A DNA stretch of 62,998 nucleotides, filler included, from Octopus bimaculoides (lineage: Eukaryota), in assembly GCF_001194135.2 (NCBI RefSeq). It is 5 parts of 5 records of this genome, joined end to end, with 100 filler letters (N's around TTAATTAATTAA, not from the genome) between each part and the next. Parts side by side here need not be neighbours in the genome. Positions count along the whole stretch, not along the records: positions 15,389 to 35,245 come from NC_069006.1; positions 35,346 to 57,719 come from NC_068982.1; 3 more parts are not named here. One strand, given 5' to 3'. The notes beneath the pieces were generated by a model, which saw nothing but the letters and a program-made list of their open reading frames with translations, had not been told where the DNA came from and did no database searches. Shown in pieces: positions 24,234 through 35,406 of this stretch (within the stretch, counting starts at the first letter, position 1; the number at the start of each line of letters is the position of its first letter). Position numbers and translations under genes: made by a program.

Positions 24234-24598
24234 GTTTGGCTTTACGTTTGAGTTCAAATGCCACTGAGGTCAACTTTGCCTTTCCTCCCTTTCTGGGTCA
24301 ACAAAATAAAGTACCACTTGAGCACTGAGATTGATCTAATTGACAAACCCATTCCCCTTAAATTGCTGGGCTTGTGCCAGAAATTTGAAACAGCTATTCT
24401 TTTCTACTCTAGGCACAAGGCCTGAAATTTTGAGCGAGGGAGTCAGTTGATTAGATCGACCCCAGTATGCAACTGGTACTTAATTCATTGACCTCCGAAT
24501 GGATGAAAGGCAAAGTTGACCATGGCGGAATTTGAACTCAGAATACTGCTAAGCATTTCGCCCATCGTGCCAACGTTTCTGCCAGCTCGCTGCCTTTA
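24234..24598. mobile_element. Tail-to-tail inverted pair of family C SINEs
   Basis: Plus copy ~24234-24395 and minus copy ~24410-24598 with a ~15-nt spacer. Confidence 0.7.
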
Positions 24599-25187
24599 AG
24601 AGTTAATAATATTACATCAGTTCCTCTCTATCCTTCTTCCTGGGACATGAGACATTTTGGTGCCGCTTATTTCTTCTTATTTCTCTCTTTCTCTCTCTCT
24701 CTCTCCCTCTCTTTCTTATTTCTCTCTCTCTCCCTCTTATTTTTCTCTCTCTCCCTCTCTCTGTTTACGTGTGTGAACATATTTCTCTTCATATGGTTGA
24801 GAAGAGAGAAAATGTTTATGTCAATCCGGTTCAATTAATAAATTGTAATCTCCTGCTGCCCCTCCCCCGTCTCTCTCTCCCCTCTTCTGTGTGTATGAGT
24901 ATATATCTGCATGTGTGTGTGCGTGCTTCCAGCACCAACAAGTGCTGTTGTCAAAAACAAGCTGAAAGTCCAGCCAGCCGTGTGAAATCATCAGCTGCAT
25001 CCAATTATCTAATTCTGGTCTTCCTGTTGCACAACCAGAGAATAAGAAACACGGCTGAAACAACCTAGACATGCAAGTGGATGGCTGAGTATCTCTCAGT
25101 GGGTAGTCTTAGTTGTTGTTCTTCTTTGGGACGTAGGTGTTATTCTGCTACCTGTTTTGGTGTATGTCAGTTAATTAGTAAACCGCT

Positions 25188-25234
<47 letters not shown>

Positions 25235-25266
25235 ACCAGAAGGAAAAAACAAACAAATAAATCTAA

Positions 25267-25642
25267 GCACGTGGGATGAAACTTGCTTTCCAACCATATG
25301 GTTCCAGGTTCAGTCCCACTGCGTGGTACCTTGGGCAAGTATCTTCTTCTGTAGCCTCGGGTCGACCAAAGCCGTGTAAGTAGATTTGGTAGACGGAAAC
25401 TGAAACAAGCCCATCGTGTGTGTGTGTATATATATATATATATTTATGTGTCTGTGTTTGTCCACCCACCATCGCTTGGCAACCAATGTTGGTGTGTTTA
25501 TGTTCCCGAAACTTAGCGGTTCAGCAAAAGAACTGATAGAATAAGTATGAGGCTTACAAAGAATAAGTCCTGGGGTCGATTTCTTCAACTAAAGGCGGTG
25601 CTCCAGCATCGCCGCAGTTAAATGACAGAAATGTGTAAAAGA
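25267..25642 (+). mobile_element. SINE family B
   Basis: Colinear with 3531-3930, including the internal microsatellite. Confidence 0.8.
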
Positions 25643-26206
25643 TTAGAAGAGCTGTGGCTGCGTGGTAAAAAGTTTGTTTCCCTACCATATGGTTCTGGGT
25701 TCAGTCCTATGGAACGTTGGGCAAGTGCCTTCTATTATAGCCCTGGACCAATGAATGGATTTGATAGATGTAGATGAAAGTGAAAGAAGCCCATCATATT
25801 ATGTAAAAAGCACCATTCGAACGTGGTCAATGCCAGTGCCACCTGACTGGCTCCTGTGCTGGTGGCACATAAAAAGCACCCACTACTCTCTCAGAGTGGT
25901 TGGCGTTTGGAAGGGCATCCAGGTGTAGAAAACAATGCCAAATCAGACTGGAGTCTGGTGCAGCCTGCCATTGTGCTAACCCAGTCAAACTGTCCAATCC
26001 ATGCCAGTATGGAAAGCGAATGCTAAATGATGATAATGATGATGATGATATGGGAGCATGTGTCTTTGACAACCGATGTTGATTTGTTTCAGGAGTCAAT
26101 AAATTAAGTACCAGTTGCGACTGGAGTTCAATCTTATCGACTGGCCCCTTCCCCAAAAATTTCGGGCCTTGTGCCTAGAGTAGATAAGAATATTATTATC
26201 ATTATG

Positions 26207-26416
26207 GCAGTGAGCTGGCAGAATTATTAGCACACCACACAAAATATTTCATAGCACTTTGTCCATCACTACGTTTTGAGTTCAAATTCTGCCACAGTCA
26301 TCTTTGTCTTTTATCCTTTCAAGGTCAATAAAATAAGTACCAGTTGAGTGCTGGGGTCAATATAATCGATTAGTCCCCTCCCCCAAAATTTCAGGCCTTG
26401 TGCCTATAGTAGAAAG
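26207..26416 (+). mobile_element. SINE family C
   Basis: GGCAGTGAGCTGGCAGAA...GAGTTCAAATTCTGCC...GGCCTTGTGCCTATAGTAGAAAGG followed by (ATT)n. Confidence 0.75.
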
Positions 26417-26789
26417 GATCATTATTATTATTATTATTAAAGTACCAGTCAAGTACTAGGGTTGACATAGTCGACTAACACCTTCCCCTCAAAACTGCTG
26501 GGCCTTATACCAGAATTAGTGAGAATTATTAGAATTGTTAGAGTTTTTATTTTGGTTCTCTGTGTCCTGAATCCAAACTCTTTTCAGCCAACTTTAACAT
26601 CTTGGGTATAATAACTTTCTTGGGTTATTATAATCAAATACCAATCAAACACTGGGGTAGATTTAATCAACTCCTCCCCTAAAAATTGCTGACCTTGTGC
26701 CTTAATTAGAGATAGTTATTTCCATATTTGTTTTTGACTTTTTCTGAGTCTTTTTTTTTTCTTGTATGCTGTTTTTGTTTATTTATATA

Positions 26790-28605
26790 CTAGCAGTATA
26801 ACCCGACCTTGTCCGGGTGTGACTTATTATGCCATCTACGATAAGTCTTGCTAGCTGAAAATCAACTAAAAAAGAAAGCCTTACAACGAAAAAACCCTTA
26901 TGATGTAAATATGTTCATAATTCAAAAGACGATGAAATTAATAGGGAAAGTCTGAAGGCTGTTTTGCGTAAAATTATTAAGCGTACATAAATTTCATTCG
27001 TCTAATTGGCTATAGAAATGCTTGCAAAACAACTTTTTGCGCTGCCCTGATTATACATAGCAGGGTAATCCCTTTTCACAGGAGCTAGGATGGCAATTTG
27101 TGATGAAGCAATTGCTGGTGATCTGTTGCTACACAGTTTTGCCAGAATTCTATCAAATTGGGCAGAAGGTGTTGATGCACCATTTTGCATTATGTTCAAA
27201 GTAGCTACTGGAATGTGGTGAATTGCTGCAGTCTGTGGCTGTCACTTTAAACCGGTTGCTATCTTTCCCCAGCAAACTCTCTCCTTTGGAGGCATAATCT
27301 ATGTATATATTAAACAGAACAACAAAAGTTATAATAGATGGCAGGGTCGGTACTTTTCACATATCTGTAATTTTTCAGATTAACACCCGCACGATTACCC
27401 AACCCTAAACNNNNNNNNNNNNNNNNNNNNNNNNNNNNNNNNNNNNNNNNNNNNNNNNNNNNNNNNNNNNNNNNNNNNNNNNNNNNNNNNNNNNNNNNNN
27501 NNNNNNNNNNNNNNNNNNNNNNNNNNNNNNNNNNNNNNNNNNNNNNNNNNNNNNNNNNNNNNNNNNNNNNNNNNNNNNNNNNNNNNNNNNNNNNNNNNNN
27601 NNNNNNNNNNNNNNNNNNNNNNNNNNNNNNNNNNNNNNNNNNNNNNNNNNNNNNNNNNNNNNNNNNNNNNNNNNNNNNNNNNNNNNNNNNNNNNNNNNNN
27701 NNNNNNNNNNNNNNNNNNNNNNNNNNNNNNNNNNNNNNNNNNNNNNNNNNNNNNNNNNNNNNNNNNNNNNNNNNNNNNNNNNNNNNNNNNNNNNNNNNNN
27801 NNNNNNNNNNNNNNNNNNNNNNNNNNNNNNNNNNNNNNNNNNNNNNNNNNNNNNNNNNNNNNNNNNNNNNNNNNNNNNNNNNNNNNNNNNNNNNNNNNNN
27901 NNNNNNNNNNNNNNNNNNNNNNNNNNNNNNNNNNNNNNNNNNNNNNNNNNNNNNNNNNNNNNNNNNNNNNNNNNNNNNNNNNNNNNNNNNNNNNNNNNNN
28001 NNNNNNNNNNNNNNNNNNNNNNNNNNNNNNNNNNNNNNNNNNNNNNNNNNNNNNNNNNNNNNNNNNNNNNNNNNNNNNNNNNNNNNNNNNNNNNNNNNNN
28101 NNNNNNNNNNNNNNNNNNNNNNNNNNNNNNNNNNNNNNNNNNNNNNNNNNNNNNNNNNNNNNNNNNNNNNNNNNNNNNNNNNNNNNNNNNNNNNNNNNNN
28201 NNNNNNNNNNNNNNNNNNNNNNNNNNNNNNNNNNTGTTATGAAAAATAGGTAAAGAATACTGAGATGAAAGTTTAATCTATGACGTTGAATGTATCACTT
28301 TCTCTCTCTCTCTCTCTCCCTCTTTTACTCTTACTCTCTATATTTTTATGTTGAGCGTGTGTGTAAGAATGGCGTTCCAGGTAGAAGGGATGAAATATAA
28401 AAGTTGCTAGAAACAACAGCCAAATCTCCCTTAAATCACACAAAGTAAACGGAATTTTAAAAATCTAATTACTGCACTGGAAAGTTCACATCGAGAAAAT
28501 TCCATTGATGTAAAAATTTTTACGAAAAAGTGGAAAATGTGGATTTCTATAAACATTCAAAAAAGGCTTCACACAAACACACAACTTCAGATTTATATAT
28601 TAAGA
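26790..28605 (-). mobile_element. Non-autonomous Helitron (~1.8 kb including an 824-N gap)
   Basis: Minus strand starts A|TCTTAATATATAAA (28605) and ends hairpin ACCCGGACAAGGTCGGGT + TATACTG + CTAG|T (26790): canonical TC...CTAG ends, A|T target, no TSD. Confidence 0.85.
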
Positions 28606-29375
28606 TTTACATTATGATGACATGTATTCACAATGCAGTGTAGCCTGGTCACCATCACTAACTCTACACTTGTAATGTTATAGTATGACTTACTAAATTC
28701 ACCTTATGACATCTTAAATAATCTGTAATGTGCATGTGTGTGTGTATATATATATATGTGTGTGTATATATATATTGTTTTTATTAGTTACTGAGAAGTT
28801 TACATTATAGCTTGTAAAGGTAATATATATTAAGAGTATGTAGTGTTTTCATTATTAACTTTTGAATTATGAAATAATGTATTTCACTCATAATTATTAT
28901 ATTATTCATTAAATTCAATTGTGTTTTGTTTTGGAGAGAATTGAATATAAAGCTTTCACTTTTTGTTATTATGGAAGACAGGTGGAATTGTTATTTGTAT
29001 GGACTTAAAGATTGGTCGCTATTTAGTATATAATTTAGTTATTGTAGCTTTACTAGTAATACCGATACAGATGTACATAGATTTATGTGTTTCTTGTGGT
29101 TTAATTTTAAAGTTAGTGTTTAATCCTACTTATATTTGATTGCACACTGTTGTACATGGGGTAAATGTGTTTGAAAGGTGTGTGTTTTGTTTTTTTGGTA
29201 TGTTTATTCCCAAGTAGCACTTCTTTTAGTGCTGTTGACACTGCCAGACTGAATGGTCCTGCCCAGATGCCGAAACCATAATGGTATCCGTGGGGCAGTT
29301 GATGATGGAGGTATGTTGGATTGTTGGAATGGCTTTTTTTGTATATGTGGAATAGCGTTATAACACATCCTTTTG

Positions 29376-29406
<31 letters not shown>

Positions 29407-29410
29407 ATTC

Positions 29411-29507
29411 TAATAAAGCTGAAAAGACATCACAACCAAAACCCTCCAACAAACAGGAACATGAAACTCTGAGTAACAGTTTTTGTGATGTCTTTGCAGC
29501 TTTATTA
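29411..29507. mobile_element. 97-bp hairpin/MITE with 25-bp inverted ends
   Basis: TAATAAAGCTGAAAAGACATCACAA ... TTGTGATGTCTTTGCAGCTTTATTA (1 mismatch). Confidence 0.7.
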
Positions 29508-29621
29508 ATAAAGCATATTACTCTACCTCTGGTATTTGAGTACTCTTTTTTTCACCTTGTTTCACATTTATGTGCTTACTCTCGTATATATATATGTATA
29601 TATATTTGATGTGTGTTTCAG

Positions 29622-29801
29622 GAAAAGGTATCAAAGATGAAGATGAATGAGACACGTGTGGATGAAGAAAAGAAACAACTTCGTGTCACCCTCGAAGAAA
29701 CTGAGAACCGAGTGACCAAAGTGGAATTGGCACGACGAGCTTTGGAAGGAGAATTACAACGTTTCAAGATGACTATGACAGACAAAGAAACAGAAAACCA
29801 A
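29622..29801 (+). CDS. CROCC: Rootletin internal exon E
   Basis: tttcag|GAA AAG GTA...AAC CAA|gtaagt; EKVSKMKMNETRVDEEKKQLRVTLEETENRVTKVELARRALEGELQRFK resembles human EKISKMKANETKLEGDKRRLKEVLDASESRTVKLELQRRSLEGELQRSR. Confidence 0.93.
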
Positions 29802-30085
29802 GTAAGTAAATCCTCTCCCTCATCATCATCAGCATCATCATCATCTTAATGTCTACTTGTTTTATGCTTCTGTGGCCCAGGTGGAGTTTAATTGGGAAGG
29901 TTTTCTACAGCAAGATGCCCTCCGTGTGACCAACCCTCAACTGTTTCTAAGCATGGTAATATTTCTCCGTGGCCAGACATGTTCTTTCAGAATATTGGAA
30001 ATGACCGACACTGCTTGTATGACAGTGACACTCATTTACAGCTATCATGTGATGTGAAGAGGAGGAGACACAAAAATTAAACTGA

Positions 30086-30409
30086 CATCCGTTGGTTACG
30101 ATAATGAGGGTTCCGGTTCATCTGATCCATGAAACAGCCTGCTTGTGAAATTAACGTGCAAGTGGCTGAGTACTCCACAGACACGTGTACCTTTAACATT
30201 GTTCTCAGAGAGATTCAGCCTGACACACTAAATGCGATAAGGCTGGCCCCTTGTGAATTACAGGTACAGCTCATTTCTGCCAGCTGAGTAGATTGGAACA
30301 ATGTAAAATATAGTGTCTTGCTCAAGGACACAACACATCACCAGGAATTGAACTCACAACCTTACGATCGTGAGCTGATTACTCTAACCACTGAGCCACG
30401 TGCCTTCAC
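30086..30409 (-). mobile_element. SINE: head-2 joined to the family A 3' module
   Basis: Shares GAAATTAACGTGCAAGTGGCTGAG...ACACGTGTACC with family A but has head GTGAAGGCACGTGGCTCAGTGG; second copy at 59068-59386. Confidence 0.75.
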
Positions 30410-30689
30410 ACAACACACATTTACATACATATACAACAGGCTTCTTTTAATTTTTCTGTCTACCAAATTCACTCCCAAGGCTATAGTCGAAGAGAAGACA
30501 CTTTCCCAAGGTGCCATACAGTGGGACTGAACCGAAAACCATTGGGTTGGGAATGAAACTTCTTAATCAAACAGCCATGCCTACATCAATACATATATAT
30601 ATATATATATATATANNNNNNNNNNNNNNNNNNNNNNNNNNNNNNNNNNNNNNNNNNNNNNNNNNNNNNNNNNNNNNNNNNNNATATAT

Positions 30690-30746
<57 letters not shown>

Positions 30747-30753
30747 ATTATCC

Positions 30754-31090
30754 TCATCATTGTTTAACGTCCACCTTCCATGCTGGCATGGGTTGGACAG
30801 TTTGACAGGAACTGGCCAGGCAGGAGCCTGCACCAAACTTCTGTGTCTGTTTTGCCAGGGTTTTTACAGCTGGATGCCCTTCCAAATGCCAACCACTTCA
30901 CAGTGTAGACTGGTGCTTTTCACGTGGCACCAGCACCGTCAGGGTCACCAAACAATTTGCAGGACAAGGAATCTTTGAGAGGGGTGAGGCATTGGAGGAG
31001 GTGATCTTGTGTCAAATGATGAAAGGTCAGAGTTTGACACGGAGGCAGAAACAGATATGGTTACCTGGCTAGAGAGAAAAAGAGCAAGAG
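30754..31090 (+). mobile_element. Interspersed repeat family D
   Basis: TTTAACGTCCACCTTCCATGCTGGCATGGGTTGGACAG...GGATGCCCTTCC. Confidence 0.7.
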
Positions 31091-31211
31091 GGGGGGAACA
31101 TTAAAAATAACAAACAACAAAAGGACGTGCACATGGGATGTGTTGTGTGTGTGTGTAATAATTATTTATATATATATATATTATATGTGTGTATGCTGTT
31201 ATTATCTCTAG

Positions 31212-31352
31212 GTTCAACTAGATAGGATTGAAACCCTCACCAAGCAGGTGCAAGACCTTGAAAGTAAAGTGCAGTCAAGCCAGTTAACAACTGAAAGACT
31301 ATCTCTGAATTTGGCCAAGACTGAAGCTACTGGCAATCAACATAAGGACAAG
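31212..31352 (+). CDS. CROCC: Rootletin internal exon F (absent from supplied ORF track)
   Basis: ctctag|GTT CAA CTA...GAC AAG|gtaagc; VQLDRIETLTKQVQDLESKVQSSQLTTERLSLNLAKTEATGNQHKDK resembles human ALQDRVDSLQRQVADSEVKAGTLQLTVERLNGALAKVEESEGALRDK. Confidence 0.9.
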
Positions 31353-32250
31353 GTAAGCATAAAATACTTGTTCACCTGTACATAATTATTAATATTGCTT
31401 TTTGTCATTAGTGTAGCTAGAGTGTGTGCCACCCCTGGACCCCACAAAAAACACATTTTGCCTACAGCAAACCTAAAAGTGGTGCCCTTTTAAAAGTGCT
31501 GTTGACGATGGTTTACAACCATCGTGTGATGTCAAAACAAGGAGACACAAGGAGATTCTTCCAGGATTTCCATCTACCAAATCCACTCAAGGTTTTGGTC
31601 AGCCTGGGGCTATAGTAGAAGATACTTGCCCATGCTGTGGGACTGAATCCAAGACCGAACACATGCTTAGGAAGTAAACTTCTTAACCACATGCACATAT
31701 TTGTGTGTGTGTGTGTGTGCCACAGACCTTCCCAAAGCTAGACACCAATATATTTATATATAGATATATATATATACATGCATACATATATATATATATA
31801 TATATATATGTATATGTGCATATATGTGTGTGTCTGTGTGCATGTTAAATAAAATAAGATAACAAAGCCAAGGCAATGTGAAATTTCTGGGACATTTTAT
31901 AAAGAGAAAGGTAGTCTGACAGCTGTTTCAGGGGCATAAAAGATATCCCATCATCAGAGACAATGTGAGAGAGTTAAACAGAAAAATAATAATATAATAT
32001 AAGGAGTTATTTTGGAAAGGGAAAGACATAGAAAGTATAAAGGGAAATATAGGAATAGAAATAAAAATATATGTTGGATGTTAAACTTGCTGTTGCATTA
32101 TCCAAGGAATGTGTTGTGTAGAATGGGTAAAAAAGCTTCTTGTCCATGGTATGTAAGTTCCGATAGGAGTTCATATTTTGTGATTACAAATGGATAAACC
32201 TCTCATATATATATATATATATGTCTATATATTTAGAGAATGTTAACTAA

Positions 32251-32369
32251 GGCCAGTTCATAGGGTAACCCAGGATATTGCATCCATAAAGCGATTAGCT
32301 TTACACACAGGGTCTGACAAACTAAGCACTTTATGGACATGAAACCCTGGGCAACCCCATAAACTGGCC
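32251..32369. mobile_element. 119-bp MITE with 24-bp TIRs (PIF/Harbinger-like, tentative)
   Basis: GGCCAGTTCATAGGGTAACCCAGG ... CCTGGGCAACCCCATAAACTGGCC; flanks are TA-rich, exact TSD unclear. Confidence 0.6.
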
Positions 32370-32564
32370 ATAACTATCTTTCTCTAAATATTCTACTGCT
32401 CTATAACCTAGAGTGTTCTTCTCTCAGATTTACTAACGATATATATGTGTATCATTATGTATTAATTAAAATGTTACCGTTTACCAAAATAAGTATTTAT
32501 TCTTGTTTCTAATAGTCAAGTTATTATTGAACAGGAAATGAATGAATGCCATTAATTCCCACAG

Positions 32565-32704
32565 GTCCAAGCATTGAATCTGTCACTGTCGGACAGTGCG
32601 TCTACAATCAACAACATGAATGAAAGAATCAACCAGATGCAACGGGCCCTCACCAGCAGTGAACATGACCGTCGTGTACTCCAAGAAAGACTGGATGCTT
32701 CCAA
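32565..32704 (+). CDS. CROCC: Rootletin internal exon G (last visible; absent from ORF track in this frame)
   Basis: ccacag|GTC CAA GCA...TCC AA|gtaata; QMQRALTSSEHDRRVLQERLDAS resembles human HLQKALTACEHDRQVLQERLDAA. Confidence 0.92.
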
Positions 32705-33446
32705 GTAATACAATTATTCTTCTTTTATTGTTTTTACTTACTTGTTTCAGTCATTGGACTGCAGCCATGCTGGAGCACCACCTTGAGGGTTTTAGTAGAA
32801 CATATCACTCCCTAGAATTTATTTTTAAGTCTGCTACTGACAGAGAGATAAGAGGAAGGAAGGAAGGAAGGAAAGAGAAACAGACAGACAGAGAGACAAG
32901 CAAGAAGTGGGGGGGAAGAGAGAGAGAGAGACAAGGGGGGAGGGAGTGAGAAAGATGGGAAAACATGAAGTTGGGAGAGACAGACAGACAGACACAGAAC
33001 AAAGAAAGAAAGAGATTGTTTTGAAGCCGTGTGAGGTAGGGACTAGAAGGGGGTCTCGGGTGTTTAGTGATGTAATTGAGGTCAGGTTACAACAATCTGG
33101 GATGCAGACGGCTCTAAGTTTCCTAAACGGTTCACTTGTTGTAGCTGGTGCCGACTTCACAACACCTGTTGTCAGCATTGAAATCTAACTGGGACTGAAT
33201 CCGGTATATATAGTTTATCTTTCACTAGTTTCAGCCAGAAACTGAGACCATACTGGAGCACCACCTTTTGCATTTGTTTTTTGTATTGTTTCTGGTGAAA
33301 TAGTGTGTTGGATAGAGCCACTTTTCTTTCTGTCTCCTGTCGCGATGTGAGTTCATCTGGTATCTCAGATAAAAATCTGTCCGGACGCTATTTGAAGACT
33401 TCCACTTCTAAACCTTGCAAATCTCTGGCAGAACTATATATATCTA

Positions 33447-33731
33447 CTCTTCAACTTGTTTCAGTCATTTGACTGTGGCCATGCTGGAGCACTGCCTTTA
33501 GTCAAAGAAATCGACCCCTGGACTTATTCTTTGTAAGCCTAGTACTTATTCTATCGGAACCTTTTGCTGAACCGCTAAGTCACAGGGACGTAAACACACC
33601 ATCATCAGTTGTCAAGCGATGTTGGGGGACAAACACAGACACACAAACATATATATATATATATACATATATACGATGGGCTTCTTTCAGTTTTCATCTA
33701 CCAAATCCACTCACAAGGCTTTGGTCGGCCC
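33447..33731 (-). mobile_element. SINE family B (cut by gap)
   Basis: Close antisense match to 3531-3930. Confidence 0.8.
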
Positions 33732-33988
33732 NNNNNNNNNNNNNNNNNNNNNNNNNNNNNNNNNNNNNNNNNNNNNNNNNNNNNNNNNNNNNNNNNNNNN
33801 NNNNNNNNNNNNNNNNNNNNNNNNNNNNNNNNNNNNNNNNNNNNNNNNNNNNNNNNNNNNNNNNNNNNNNNNNNNNNNNNNNNNNNNNNNNNNNNNNNNN
33901 NNNNNNNNNNNNNNNNNNNNNNNNNNNNNNNNNNNNNNNNNNNNNNNNNNNNNNNNNNNNNNNNNNNNNNNNNAATTGGAATATTGGA

Positions 33989-34266
33989 ATATTATGGAAG
34001 ATTATGGATTTGAGGCAAAATTCTGGGTTGTCTGTCCATTTTCGAAAAGTAAAATTTCAACCCATTAAATGCTTCACAAAGATATTTATGTAAAATAAAT
34101 GTTCCGATATGAGAAGCAAATATACGCAAATAGATTTGCTTCTCATATCGGAACGTTTATTTTACATAAATATCTTTGTGAAGCATTTAATGGGTTGAAA
34201 TTCTACTTTTCGTATATGGACGGACAACCCAGAATTTTGTCTCAAATCCAAAATCTTCCATAATAT
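33989..34266. mobile_element. Foldback element/MITE, ~133-bp inverted arms with 12-nt loop
   Basis: 33989-34121 is the near-perfect reverse complement of 34134-34266. Confidence 0.85.
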
Positions 34267-34512
34267 ATATATCTTTTATCTTTTACTTGTTTCAGTCATT
34301 AGACTGTGGCCATGCTGGGGCACCACCTGCAAGAATTTTTAGTTGAATGAATCAACCCCAGCGCTTATTATTTCTTATTTAAGTCTGGTACTTATTCTAT
34401 CAATCTCTATTGCCGAACTGCTAAGTTATGGGGACATAAACACACCAATACCGGTTGTCAAGCGGTGGTGGAGGACAAACACCAGACACAAGATATATCT
34501 ATGTATGTATGT

Positions 34513-34730
34513 AAGGGCAGCGAGCTGGCAGAAACTTTAGCATGCCGGGCAAAATGCTTAGTGGTATTTCATCTGCTGTTTCATTCTGAGGTCAACTTTA
34601 CCTTTCATCCTTTTAAGGTCGATTAAATAAGTACCAGTTACACACTGGTGTCAATGTAATCGACTTAATCCCTTTGTCTGTCCATGTTTGTCCTCTCTAT
34701 GTTTAGCCTCCTGTGGGCAATAAAGAAATA
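34513..34730 (+). mobile_element. SINE family C (reference copy)
   Basis: GGCAGCGAGCTGGCAGAAAC head ... AAGTACCAGTTAC...TAAAGAAATA tail. Confidence 0.75.
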
Positions 34731-34944
34731 AATATGTGTATGTATGTATATATACATATATAGATAGATAGATAGGTATAGATATGTATACAATGGGGTT
34801 CTTTCAGTTTCCATCTGCCAAATTCACTTGAGGCTTTGGTCAGCCCAAGGCTAGAGTAAAAGACACTTGCTGAAGGTTCCACACAGTAGGACTGAACTCG
34901 GAATCATGAGAAGCAAGCTTCTTACCACAAACCACGCCTGCACC

Positions 34945-34990
<46 letters not shown>

Positions 34991-35012
34991 TGTGTGTGTG
35001 TGTGTATATATA

Positions 35013-35042
<30 letters not shown>

Positions 35043-35043
<1 letters not shown>

Positions 35044-35245
35044 GTAAGGGACGACCGTGCGAACTCATAAAAGGAGAAATGGTGACGAATGGAAAAACAG
35101 AGGACTCCTTTTATTTAAACGTGTCACACGGTCGAACACAAAATAATATATATCAATAATGATATACATGATATGTTATGCTACGATAACATAGATGACC
35201 AGTAATGAAAAACTACAACCGTATAAGATGAATAACAGAGATATT
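35043..35245 (-). mobile_element. Possible LTR 3' end
   Basis: Minus strand ends ...GTCGTCCCTTACA with AATAAA ~70 nt upstream; CpG-rich relative to flanks; cut by scaffold join. Confidence 0.4.
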
Positions 35246-35345
35246 NNNNNNNNNNNNNNNNNNNNNNNNNNNNNNNNNNNNNNNNNNNNTTAATTAATTA
35301 ANNNNNNNNNNNNNNNNNNNNNNNNNNNNNNNNNNNNNNNNNNNN

Positions 35346-35406
<61 letters not shown>

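Noticed and set aside
29230-29310. 81-nt segment with good AG/GT signals as the missing rootletin exon
   Set aside because: Stops in all three frames, not coiled-coil-like, and cannot convert phase 1 to phase 0. At most a cryptic or poison exon; no evidence.
32535-32564. Alternative upstream acceptor for exon G
   Set aside because: Would introduce an in-frame TAA after six codons.
32834-33188. Overlapping ORFs on both strands downstream of exon G
   Set aside because: Half is GA-rich low-complexity sequence; the rest has no recognisable motif or rootletin similarity.
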